DNA of 64,000 nucleotides from Octopus sinensis. Lineage: Eukaryota. Within the stretch, counting starts at the first letter, position 1. Each line of letters opens with the position of its first letter. Position numbers and translations under genes: made by a program. Shown here piece after piece: positions 1 to 11,556 of this stretch. The notes below the pieces were generated by a model. That model saw only the letters and a program-made list of their open reading frames with translations. It had not been told where the DNA came from and made no database searches. The stretch covers positions 44,702,001-44,766,000 of the forward strand of contig NC_043014.1 in assembly GCF_006345805.1 (NCBI RefSeq). The letters are read 5' to 3'.

Positions 1-111
1 TTAAGAAGTTTACTTCCTAAACACATGGTCTTCTACTATGGACCCAAACTGGCCAAAGTCTTCTGATTTGCATTCCATACACCAGCTTCACCCTTCTACT
101 TATCACATTTC

Positions 112-492
112 GGATCTTTTCGGTTTGAACGGCAGTTTTTTCTAGCGGTGTCATATGAAATTGTCACCCATAATTATGACCCTAGTATCGATCTATTGCA
201 TTTCAATCTGTTTTAGGGTTAGGAGTGGGGGGAAGGGTATTTTTTTTTCTTAACAAATGTAAATAAACCCAATCTGTTTCTTAAACGAGGGATATATTCA
301 TACGGCACAGAATGTTTTTTTTTTACCTCAATAGACGTCAGTGATTGGTTGAAATTGCAGAAATTGAAGAAAAACAACAACAAATATCTTACAAACTATA
401 GAATTTTCTCAATAAAGCCAAGATAAAAAGATGTTTTATAAACACATTCTACCAATATACGAAGTTTAAAAGTGTTTAGTTACGTGGAAATT
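112..492. mobile_element. MITE with GGATC(T/C)TTTCGGTTTGAACGGCAG TIR, right end lost
   Basis: Collinear with the complete copy at 59761-60179; stops just before the right TIR. Confidence 0.8.
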
Positions 493-944
493 AGAGCTTG
501 GCTGTGCAACTAATCTAAAAGCATTGTAATGGTACAGCCAGAGTGAACAAATGCTCGCTTTGACTATACAATTACAATGCTTAAACTGATCCTTGATTTC
601 AGAGAAATTACATATGAAGAATGTGTATTGAGCCTTAGCAGGAAATCATAAGCAACTTCTCACTATTTTTTGCTTTAGATACAAAAATTCTAACCTTTTC
701 TCTTTGATACCAGATTTTAAGTTTAGTTTTTTCCCCCAAAAGCATACTTTAACTCTTCAGTTATTGTAGGATATAGGACATCTTTTAGCTTGATGACTGC
801 AGTGATACCACATAAAGTAAGGAATTTTAGTTTTAACTAGTTCAGGCTTTGTAACATAGCATTTCATGCTATTCCATATATGGCTTCTCACATTCTCTGC
901 TACTCCCTACATTTCCATTGTTCTTATTATCCAGGAGTTTGGTA

Positions 945-945
945 T

Positions 946-997
<52 letters not shown>

Positions 998-1352
998 CCA
1001 CATTCACCACCACCACCACCACCACCACTACCACCACCACCACTACCACCACCACCAACACCACCAACACCACCAACACCAACACCACCACCACCTCTAT
1101 CACTACCACCACTACCATCACCACATCCACCACCACCACCACCACTATCACCAACACTACCACCACCACCACTACCACCACCACCACTACCACCACCACC
1201 AACACCACCAACACCACCAACACCAACACCACCACCACTATCACTACCACCACCACCACTACCATCACCACATCCACCACCACCACCACTATCACCACCA
1301 CCACCACCACCACCACCACCACTACTACCAATACTACTACTACTACTACTAA
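945..1352. repeat. Compound (TCA)n/(CCA)n/(CTA)n triplet microsatellite with an internal higher-order duplication
   Basis: Seen directly; explains the poly-P/T/H/V ORFs at 866-1551. Confidence 0.95.
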
Positions 1353-1604
1353 AAAATTACACAATTTTTTTATTAAAATGCATTTGGTTTTTGCTAGATT
1401 AAAGTTTTACCGGCGAGTGTGTTACATTATAAGGCACAAAAAGAAAATGACTCTCCCCAGCCACAACAGAATATGCTTCAACACACGAACTCATAAAAAG
1501 AATCTTGCAAACCAAATCCCAAAACGAAATAGATTAAAGTTGTTTTATTAAATTTCCAGACATGTCCTCAAATACCTCCCTCACACTGCATTGTTATCAA
1601 TATA

Positions 1605-1824
1605 TACTCTTTTACTCTTTTACTTGTTTCAGTCATGTGACTGTGGCCATGCTGGAGCACCACCTTTAGTCAAGCAAATCGACCCAGGACTTATTCTTTG
1701 CAAGCCTAGTACTTATTCTATCGGTCTCTTTTTGCCGAACCACTAGGTGACGGGGACGTAAACACACCAGCATCGGTTGTCAAGCGATGTTGGGGGGGGG
1801 GGGACAAACACAGACACACAAACA

Positions 1825-1866
<42 letters not shown>

Positions 1867-2030
1867 CGATGGGCTTCTTTCAGTTTCCGTCTACCAAATC
1901 CACTCACAAGGCTTTGGTCGGCCCAGGGCTATAGCAGAAGACACTTGCCCAAGGTGCCATGCAGTGGGACTGAACCCGGAACCATGTGGTTGGTAAGCAA
2001 GCTACTTACCACACAGCCACTCCTGCGCCT
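1605..2030 (-). mobile_element. tRNA-derived CORE-like SINE (octopus OR1/OR2-like), full length
   Basis: Minus strand: tRNA-like head, CTTGGGCAAGTGTCTT CORE-like motif, internal (TA)n(TG)n, tail ...AAACAAGTAAAAGAGTA. Further copies at about 3455-3835, 8270-8671, 20030-20457(+), 23200-23535, 24526-24890, 38722-39131, 47090-47729 (two), 48221-48610, 55902-56311, 58470-58868, 62597-62975(+). Confidence 0.85.
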
Positions 2031-3665
2031 ATATAACAATAATTTTTTATCCCACAAATTCAGACAATGTGTGTGTGCGTGAGCGTGTGTGTGTGTGTGT
2101 GTGTGAGAGGGTAAATTTAAAAACACATATCAAGATAGATAAGCGTAAGTAAAATACATAATCCGCAGGTTTTTAATAACATGCGGATGAGAGAAGCTGT
2201 TGTCTGAAACCTACTGAGATAAACAAGCAGTTTAAAAAAGGATTATCCTCAAATCACTTATATGCTGCAAGCCAGTTTAGACATGGTGAACACGGCGGTT
2301 TACGTATTCCCAGGAGCCGTCCTCTGATGCGGATAAGTTTACCACAGGTACTACTCACAAATGAAACATTCTCATCCATAAGTAATAGATATCTTTATCT
2401 AATAATTTTGTTGATATACATCCATAAATAACAGATATTATTAACTAATAATTTTGTACTGGGTTTTATGGAATTAAGTAACGGATTATTATTGTTGTTA
2501 CATGTTAAAGAAATTCATAAATATCATCTTCATAAATGTCATCTTCCTACACAGTTCATCTTCCTACTCAGTGTTATTTATCTGGCTATCATCTTCTTAC
2601 ACAATTCTATATATTTGGCTATCAGAAAGTACACTTTCTGTACATATTAGTCTATGATTAGATTAATTTATTTTAGTTCTTTCTTTACCAGTTTACTTGT
2701 TTTTTTTCTATACATGTGTTCCTTTCAATTTATGTATCTTTTTTAAAATTTTTTTTTAGTATTTATGAATTTTTATTTTACACTATTGTTAGAGCTTACT
2801 TCACATAAATATTCCACATTATTCTATGCCTCTGTAAGCTAAAATGTTATTCTTTGCTTTCGCCAATCAGTTTATATTAATAGTGCTTGTATACACACAC
2901 ACGCACATATATATCTGTAGCTTATTTAAGTAAATCCATTAGCCTGTTACTCTGGAATTTCCATGAAGTATTGCCACTTCTTAATATAAGTCAGGCCTGC
3001 CTGGTCTGACTTGTTCAATGAAATGGTGGCATGGGCATACCATGGAAATTCTAGAGCAATATGTCACAGGACTGACTAAAATAAACTACTGCATTCTATG
3101 TTTGTATTAAATATTCCTTCTTTGGGTTGTTACCAAACATAAGGTTTTTTTGTTGTTGTTGATCCTACCAATAATGGCATGTATGCATCCAGCCAGCCAG
3201 CCAGCCAGCCAGCCATACATACATACATACATAGTATGGTAGTATATTCGGTCTAACAAAACCATTCTGCAATTTGTTGCTGAACAATCTGCACAGAGGA
3301 TTTGTTCATAGTAATCAAATATTCGTGCTGCACATTAAACTGGCATTATCTGAACAAGTGCACAATATACCATACATCAGATGTCTAGGTCGCAGAGCAA
3401 CTTAAGATTAAGTGTCTTACTCAAGAACACAATGCATACACACCCATTTCATTACTCAGTTTCTATATACTTGTTTCAGTCATTTGACTGCTGCCATGCT
3501 GGAGCACTGCCTTTAGTCAAATAAATCGACCCCAGCACTTATTCTTTGTAAGCCTTGAACTTATTCTGTTGGTCTCTTTCGCCAAACTGTTTCAGGGACA
3601 TAAGCACACCAACATCAGTTGTCAAACGATGGCGGGGGGGGGGACAAACACACACACACACACTC

Positions 3666-3704
<39 letters not shown>

Positions 3705-4538
3705 GCTTCTTTCAGTTTCTGTCTACCAAATCCACTCACAAGGCTTTGATCATCAACCTGAGGCTATAGTAGAAGACACTTACCCAAGGTCCCACACAGT
3801 GGGACTGAACCTGGAACCATGTGTTTGGGAAGCAAATATATATATTTACCTCTTTTGAAAAGTCAGCTGACAAGATACCTCTGCACTGAACGAAGCTCCA
3901 TAACCAGTTGTATAGTATCTCACCTGCGAGGGATCAATGGAAGTTGGGTTGAAACAGTTGTTGGGATTAATGAAGAATCTTGTGAATTCTATTTTCTGTT
4001 TCTTATATTTGTCATATATGTATATAGAGAAAGGTGAGATCCAAAGATCGAAGTGTAGGAAGTAAATGAGCTTCAAGCAATCTGTAGAAAATATAAAAAA
4101 ACAACTTTCAAGAACAGTAGTGGTTTATTAGTGTGGAAGGTTGTGGATTTTTTCCATATCAAAGTACAATAAACTGAAAAATATTTTATAGTTCACAGTT
4201 GGCAACCAGGGTTGCTGAGAATGTGAACAAAAATCCAAGAATTAAGGAATGGAGTAGATAAAATCTGGGCTACATGTTTCATAGCGGAAATTACTACCTC
4301 GGAAGGTAGTAATTATCCAAGCGAGGTAAATACCACAGGCTGCTCTTCAGGCAATGAATATCTTGATTATATGAAGTTTACATTGCCATTAGGAGACCCA
4401 TGTTAACACATGGAAAATTCAATCAAAATGCATTTTGATTGGATTCCACGGTGGTACTCCAGCATGACCACAGTCACATGGCTGAAACAAGTAAAAGATT
4501 AAAAGAGCCCAGATTTTATTTACTCCATTCCTTAGTTG

Positions 4539-4569
<31 letters not shown>

Positions 4570-4809
4570 ACTCCAAGAAAGTTAAAGGTTGTGAATCCAA
4601 CCCACTAAGGAATATTCATATTTTTTATAATAATTACTGGTATCCTTATATATTACTATATTTTATATCTTATATCTTTTATGAAAAAGAATAATATGTT
4701 ATATGTATGTATGTTATTGTAATTTTCAGTTTAGTAAATAAATAAATAAGTTAGCATAATATAATGTCTAAAAGTTGATGAACAACCTGTTGTTCTCCAT
4801 TTTCTTATT

Positions 4810-4819
4810 TGCTATATAC

Positions 4820-4899
<80 letters not shown>

Positions 4900-4938
4900 A
4901 TATATATGTATGTATATGTATGTATATGTATGTATATG

Positions 4939-5009
<71 letters not shown>

Positions 5010-5060
5010 TATATACATATATATACACACACACATGTGCACGCACACACATGCTTGCAC
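4810..5060. repeat. (TA)n/(TATG)n microsatellite
   Basis: Seen directly. Other long microsatellites: 5640-5860 (TATC/TA), 14990-15375, 16251-16355, 17480-17722, 28080-28455 (triplets), 29298-29705 (TAGA), 30128-30590 (CA/CT). Confidence 0.95.
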
Positions 5061-5696
5061 ACAGCAGTATGTCTAGCTGATTAACTAGTTCTGTTCTATA
5101 GCTTTACATCTTATGAAATGAGGCTGCAGTTTATATCACATCACTGGTGCTGAGCTGGACACAGAGTAAATCACTCACAATTCCTTGCTTCGATTACTGG
5201 AAAGCAAAACAGACATAAACAAAATAGAATTACTCAGTGAAAGAGTACCCAACCTAACTCATCGCTCACAATTAGTTTGGGCTACAATTAAAATTAAATT
5301 AACGAAATCAGTTTATTCACCTATCGAGACCCAACATTTATTTCTTCATCCTTACTATTTTCAGTTAACATATCATATCAAAGATATTTTCATTCCATAG
5401 ATCCTTCCATTGTGACCTTGTTCTTTTGTTAACCTATCATATTGTCATGACATTACATCTGCTAATCCTGAGGAAACTACTCCATCTTATACCCTCCAGC
5501 TACTTTTGCGATTCATACAGATGTATATTTTATGTTTGAGCTTACTTAGTCCAAGAGCTCTCCACCCACCTCCTTTCTCTCCATCTCTCTGCATATCCAT
5601 TTATATCACTCTATTACACTTTTTAATGTTATTTCTGTCTCTCTCTCTATCTATCTATCTATCTCTATCTATTTATCTATCTATCTATCTATCTAT

Positions 5697-5756
<60 letters not shown>

Positions 5757-5761
5757 CTATG

Positions 5762-5830
<69 letters not shown>

Positions 5831-6504
5831 GTGTCTGTCTATCTATCTATCTCACACATACACAAATGTGCATTGATCTTCTCGAGTTTTTCCGGGGATT
5901 ATGTGCATCAAGACATGCAGGCTGGGTATATGCAAGTATTATGAATGCATGCATCTGTAGAGCTTGTGAAATCAAATATGTGTGCATCTCTGCGAACGTC
6001 TATGCACGTGTGTGTTTGTCAATGTGTGCATATGTATGCCTATCCATGTCTCTGTGTGTACGAGTGTAAACGTGTGGGCGTGTGTCCACATGTACATGCC
6101 TCTGTGTGTGTGTGAGTGTATTTCTATGTAGTTGTTAATGAGTGTTGAAACATAGAGATATGCATGTATCTCACTGTGCACAGTGTGAGCTTATTAATGT
6201 TGTGTGTGTGTGTGTGTGTGTGCATGTGTGTGTGCGTGCATGTGTGTGTGCATGCATGTGTGTGTGCATGTGTGTGTGTGTGTGTGGTGTGTGTGTGTGT
6301 GTGTTGGTCTGCCTACCTGTTTATTTCACATGTAAATGACTATCCACTTTCACCATCTTGTCATCCCTTTCTTCAGGCTTTATGCCCCACAACCACAACT
6401 AAATGGTGGTTTAAGGAAAAAGGAAAGGGAGTATATTTTACCTATTTCAGTCCCAGTTAAAATACATTCTTGCTTTTTATATTATAACCTTGTAGCCTAA
6501 GCCA

Positions 6505-7012
6505 GGGGTGTAACCAGCCCACTTATGCGTACCTTCCCTTCATTGGACACTGCTTGTGAAGACCTGTTGAGGCAAGTGTAATCGGAATCGAAATCATATT
6601 CAATGACTGGCATCCGTGCTAGTGGAGCACTAAGAACACCATCTGAGCGTGATCGTTGCCAGAGCAGCTAACTGGCGTTCGTGCCGGTGGCACGTAAAAA
6701 GCACCATTCGAGCGTGATCGTTACCAGCATCACCTTACTGGCACTTGTGCCAGTGAGCAGATGATATGTAAAAAAAAAATACGATTTTCCATGACTGTTG
6801 CCAGTACCGCCTGACTGGCCCTCGTGCTGGTGGCACATAAAAGCACTCACTACACTCTCAGAGTGGTTGGCGTTAGGAAGGGCATCCAGCTGCTGAAACT
6901 CTGCTAAATCAAGATTGGAGACTGGTGCAGCCATCTGGTTCGCCAGTCCTCAGTCAAATCGTCCAACCCATGCTAGCATGGAAAGCAGACGTTAAACGAC
7001 AACGATGATGAT
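6505..7012 (+). mobile_element. Non-autonomous retroelement with internal ~60-bp tandem units and RTE-type 3' tail ending (GAT)n
   Basis: Tail GGCGTTAGGAAGGGCATCCAGC...CCAACCCATGCTAGCATGGAAAGC..GTTAAACGATGATG. Other copies at about 7465-7975(-), 12640-12830, 39708-39812(-), 43390-43680(-), 46260-46735, 49248-49860(-, two), 63720-64000. Confidence 0.7.
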
Positions 7013-8759
7013 CATTATTAAGCCAATAAGGTATTTCTCGGGGTCACCTGACCCCTACAAGAAATAGTAGCCAAAGAGCCAAATCTCTTTCAAATTGCAT
7101 TCTGCCATCTTAAAGAAAAAGAGGACACATTAGATAATGTAGTCTTTGATATCTCTAAAAAGATGTGATGGTCACAGCTGGCATACATTTGATCATAGGT
7201 ATGCATGATCAAAGTTAACCTAGGGTTAAAAACGAAATAGACTGTCATGATATTTTGTAATGAAAGTTGTTCATCACGAGACTTATTCAGCCCTTTATTT
7301 TATAAAGAAGGAAAATTAATCCCTTCTTAGGGGTTAGTCTTCAGTTTAATTCAACCAATTACAATACAGCAATTTTTGTCTTTTGTTTAACACAGCCTCT
7401 TGGTGTTGGTTGTTGTATAGTTTTATTGATGCTTTTCTTTTTTCAATTAATATTTTAGTATTCATCATCATCATCATCATCATCATCATCGTTTAACGGT
7501 CGTTTTCCATGCTAGCATGGGTTGGACGGTTCAATCAGGGTCCGGAAAGCCAGGAGGCTGGATGCCCTTCCTAACGCCAACCACTCCATGAGTGTAGTGG
7601 GTACTTTTTATGTGCAACCGGCACAGGTGCCAGGGGAGGCTGGCAACGGCCACGATTGGTTGGTGCTTTTTACGTGCCACCGGCACGGAAGCCAGTCAAG
7701 GCGACGCCGGTATCGGCCACATTTGAGTGGTGCTTTTTACGTGCCACCGGCACAGGTATCACAACTACAATTTCCATTTGATTTTTGTTTTGATGTTGAT
7801 GTACTTGACTCAATAGGTCTCCTCAAGCACAGCAGATCACCCTACTATCCAAGGTAAGCACAGTAGGCCATCCTGCGATCTAAGGTACTTTGGATGGGCT
7901 GGGGCTGCTATGTGAAGCTGGTACAGGAAACAGCCATGAACTCACGTTATTTGTCGGGTCTTCGCATGAATATTTGAATATATTAATATTTGAATATTGA
8001 TACTGATTTCAAATTTTGGTACAAGCCCAGCAATTTCGGGTGAGCATGCCAGCATGGAAGGAGGACATTAAACAATGATGATGATAATTGAGTCAGTGTT
8101 ACATTTACTCCACCACATTAGCATTTCTATTTAGATTTTTTTTAATGCTAATTAGTTTTTTGTTAATGTTAACATTAAATATGTTAACATCAAATCAAAC
8201 TATTGTTTTGCATGCAGATGGCATCCCTAGGCAATTAAATTTACATTTTGATATATCTAAATGTTTTTGTTACTCTTTACTCTTTTACTTGTTTCAATCA
8301 TTTGACTGTTGCCATGCTGGAGCACCGCCTTTAGTCGAGCAAATCAACCCCAGGACTTATTCTTTGTAAGCTTAGTACTTATTCTATCGGTCTCTTTTGC
8401 CAAACCACTAAGTTACGGGGATGTAAACACACCAGCATCGGTTGTCAAGCGATGTTGGGGGGATAAACACAGACACACAAACATACACACACACATACAT
8501 ATATATATACACATATATATACGACAGGCTTCTTTCAGTTTCCGTCAACCAAATCCACTCACAAGGATTTGGTCAGCCTGAGGCTATAGTAGAAGACACT
8601 AGTCCAAGGTACCACGCAGTGGGACTGAACCCGGAACCATGTGGTTGGTAAGCAAGCTACTTACCACACAGTATTAATATTATAAATATCTTATAAAATA
8701 ACCAAAATTTTTGCAAAATCTGTTTTTGTTATTTCATAAAAACTGTACTTCAAAACGCT

Positions 8760-9195
8760 ATTGAAACTCCAACGTCTGGCAGCTGACTTGGCAGACACCC
8801 ATAAAATTATTAACCATCTTTCAAACAATAACTCTGAGCACCTTTTCAAACTCCACCTGTCTAACACCCGTGGACATGTTTACAAAGTCAGAAAACAGCA
8901 CAGCTCCCATGACTTTTGGAAACATTTTTTCACGCTAAGAGCTGCTGAAGCATGGAACAAACCACCAGTATCTGTTGTTAGTTGTCGGAGCACTGCATCC
9001 TTCAAAACTTCCATGCTTCCTGATATTCGCCAACACTACACCTGATTTTCTCCCCTCCATGCACACGCAAGCATGTATCTGATTCATACACTGTTCACTT
9101 TCCAGACATTTGTACATTACTGCATATGCGTTATGCGCACTTTTGACAAGTTGTGGTGCACCTGAGCACTGTATACAGTAATTCATTATATATTC
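8760..9195 (+). mobile_element. CR1-type LINE 3' fragment (subfamily with long 3'UTR)
   Basis: ORF end ...NTRGHVYKVRKQHSSHDFWKHFFTLRAAEAWNKPP..VVS..S..SFK is the CR1 RT C-terminal motif. Related copies at 10843-11190 and 11848-11990. Confidence 0.85.
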
Positions 9196-9387
9196 ATAGA
9201 TTTTGCAGTAACAATGAGACAATTTCACAGGAATTTCATGGTAAACTATTGAAACACATTTCTTTTGAATGAGCTTCTACTTCTTGTTAATTCCATCTTT
9301 AACAAATGTCAATCTATTATTCCATTTACTGAATAAATTATCTTTTTTCAGAAGTTCAGAAATTTTATGCTGTTTTTTTAAAAAAAG

Positions 9388-9493
9388 ATGACTAAATTGC
9401 TGAAGAGCTGCACATGGAAAATAGTGTCCTTTTTTGTTCTGTTGCACCCTATTGCGATTTGTGGCACCAAAACAGCTATCAGAGAGACAACAG
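9388..9493 (+). CDS. Gene A coding exon 1 (signal peptide) of a two-CUB-like-domain surface/secreted protein
   Basis: ATG 9388, MTKLLKSCTWKIVSFFVLLHPIAICGTKTAIRETT: basic N-terminus plus hydrophobic core. Phase-1 donor g|gtaata at 9494. Upstream acceptor tttttcag at 9351 suggests a 5'UTR intron. Confidence 0.65.
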
Positions 9494-9721
9494 GTAATAG
9501 TAAAGGCTTTGATAAATCATTATATTTCTGTATTTATGAGATGAATTGTGAAACAGATCTTATGAGACTAAGATGTCGTAGTTTAACAAAAACTGATACA
9601 GTGGAAGTTGCTATAAGAATAATTCAGATTTAACTCTTTCGTTACCAAATTTCCAAAGGAATATACTGACTTTGATTCAACAAATTTGGAACATAACAAA
9701 AAAATACAGTAAAATAATTTT

Positions 9722-9970
9722 TTTTTTTACATTATTTACATTATTTACATTTGACGGATATTTGTCCTCATCTTGTCTGTTATTAACACAACATTTCGGC
9801 TGATATACCCTCCAGCCTTCTTCAGGTGTCCTAAGGTATTCTTCGATGTTGTTATTATTATTATTATTATTATTATTGTTGTTGTTGTTGTTGTTGTTGT
9901 TGTTCAGGTCACTGCTTGGAATCAAACTTGGAATCTTGGGGTTTGTAGCCCGAGTTCTTAACCACTATGC
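9722..9970 (-). mobile_element. tRNA-headed SINE-like element with hammerhead-like motif, copy 1
   Basis: Minus strand: GCATAGTGGTTAAG..GTTTGATTCC head, (AAC/AAT)n, then GACAC-CTGAAGA-AGGCTGGAGGGTATATCAGCC-GAAA-TGTT-GTGTT. Confidence 0.7.
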
Positions 9971-9980
9971 TCTTAACCAT

Positions 9981-10300
9981 GGCATATGACATAGTGGTTA
10001 AGAGCAAGGGCTACTGACCCCAAGATTCCGAATTCGATTCCAAGCAGTGACCTGAATGATAATAATAATAATAATGATAATTATAATGATAATAATAATA
10101 ATAATAACATCAAAGAATACCTTAGGAATGAGAACCCAGGTTCAAAATTTCCCCAAGACACCTGAAGAAGGCTGGAGGGTATACCAGCTGAAATGGTGTG
10201 TTAACAACAAACAAGATGAGGACAAATATCCATCGAATGTAAATAATTTAATAATATAAATAATGTACATAATTCCTCATCTCTTAAATATAGAACTGAA
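9981..10300 (+). mobile_element. tRNA-headed SINE-like element with hammerhead-like motif, copy 2
   Basis: A-box-like CATAGTGGTTAAG, B-box-like AATTCGATTCC, (AAT)n, then GACAC-CTGAAGA-AGGCTGGAGGGTATACCAGCT-GAAA at 10157-10193. Confidence 0.7.
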
Positions 10301-10730
10301 TTCTTTTTTTTATTGTTAAGCTGATGTTTGGAACACAAATTAACATGAATTTTTGATGGACGGTTCTTCCATTTAAATCAGTTTAAAACAGAACATTTCT
10401 ATCATGGAACCAGAAGCAGTCTCATTTGTGTTGGTATCAAAAAGTTTAAAGAAATAAATAAACAAAATATGGCATCAAAACATAAAAATAAGTAAAATGA
10501 AGTCATTATTTGATCCATCTTCATTGCTCTTTTTCTGTTTATGTTGAACTGCATTAAAATATTAGTTTAACCCTGTAGCATAAATTGTTATAAATGTTGG
10601 CAAAATGCCAGCAATTTTAGAGGGTGAACAATAGCCATTTACATGAAGGGATGAAAGGTAAAGTTAACCTCAGTGATATTTGAACACAGAATGTAAAAAA
10701 CTAGAAGAAAAACTTCATTCAACATTTTAG

Positions 10731-11304
10731 CCCTTTCATTACCAACCCGGCTGAAACCGGCTCTGGCTCTGAGTACAAATGTCTTGTTTTCATAAGTTTT
10801 GAATTAAAATCTTCCACCAAACCTTAGTCACAATTTATGTTCCTTTTCAAACTCCATCTGTCTAACACCCGTGGACATGTTTACAAAGTCAGAAAACAGC
10901 ACAGCTCCCATGACTTTCAGAAACATTTTTTCTCTCTAAGAGTTGCTGAAGCATGGAACAAACTGCCAGCATCAGTTGTTAGTTGTCGGAGCACTACATC
11001 CTTCAAAGCTTCCATGCTTCCTGAGATTTGCCTACACTACACCTGATTTTCTTCCCTCCATACACACGCAAGCATGTATCTGACTCATACACTGTTCACT
11101 TTCCAGACATTTGTACATTACTGCATATGCTTTATACACACTTCTGACAAGTTGTGGTGCACCTGAGAACTGTGTACAATAATTTCATTATTTATTATAA
11201 CACTAGCTCAATGATAACTAAGTTATTTTACTAAATTCTTTGTTATATTTAAAGTAATTGAAAGAAACAGAGAGCTTCTCCAAATAAATACAGTAACGAA
11301 TGGA
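10731..11304. mobile_element. piggyBac-like (TTAA) MITE interrupted by a CR1 3' fragment
   Basis: CCCTTTC(A/G)TTACC left end; the MITE breaks at ...ATGTTCCT (10842) and resumes at CACTAGCT (11200). Confidence 0.75.
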
Positions 11305-11334
11305 TTAAATATATAATAGAGAAACAGTTCTTAA

Positions 11335-11556
11335 CCCTTTCAATACCAACCCGGCTGAAACCACCTCTGGTTCTGTAGTACAAATGTCTTGTTTTCATAA
11401 GTTTTGAATTAAAATCTTCCACCAAACCTTAGTCACAATTTATGTTCCTAACACTAGCTGAATGATAACTAAGTTATTTTGCTAAATTCTTCGTTTTATT
11501 TAAGATTAATTGAAAGAAACACAGAGCATCTCAACAGAAATATGGTAACGAAAGGG
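11335..11556. mobile_element. piggyBac-like MITE (~222 bp, CCCTTT..TACC TIR, TTAA target)
   Basis: TTAA/TTGA flanks. Other copies at 25697-25919, 27203-27423, 27474-27694, 36622-36728 (half) and 43786-44007. Confidence 0.85.

Noticed and set aside
866-1551. Long Pro/Thr/His/Val-rich ORFs (extensin- or mucin-like)
   Set aside because: Open in several frames on both strands because they are translated triplet microsatellite; no splice context.
2183-2212. CGGATGA...GAAAC and similar partial hammerhead cores (also at 34194 and 59203)
   Set aside because: The core is mutated, or helix II and helix I pairing is missing.
6600-6850. Repeat-spacer look of the ~60-bp arrays as a CRISPR array
   Set aside because: Eukaryotic context, degenerate units with no unique spacers, and the array is inside a retroelement.
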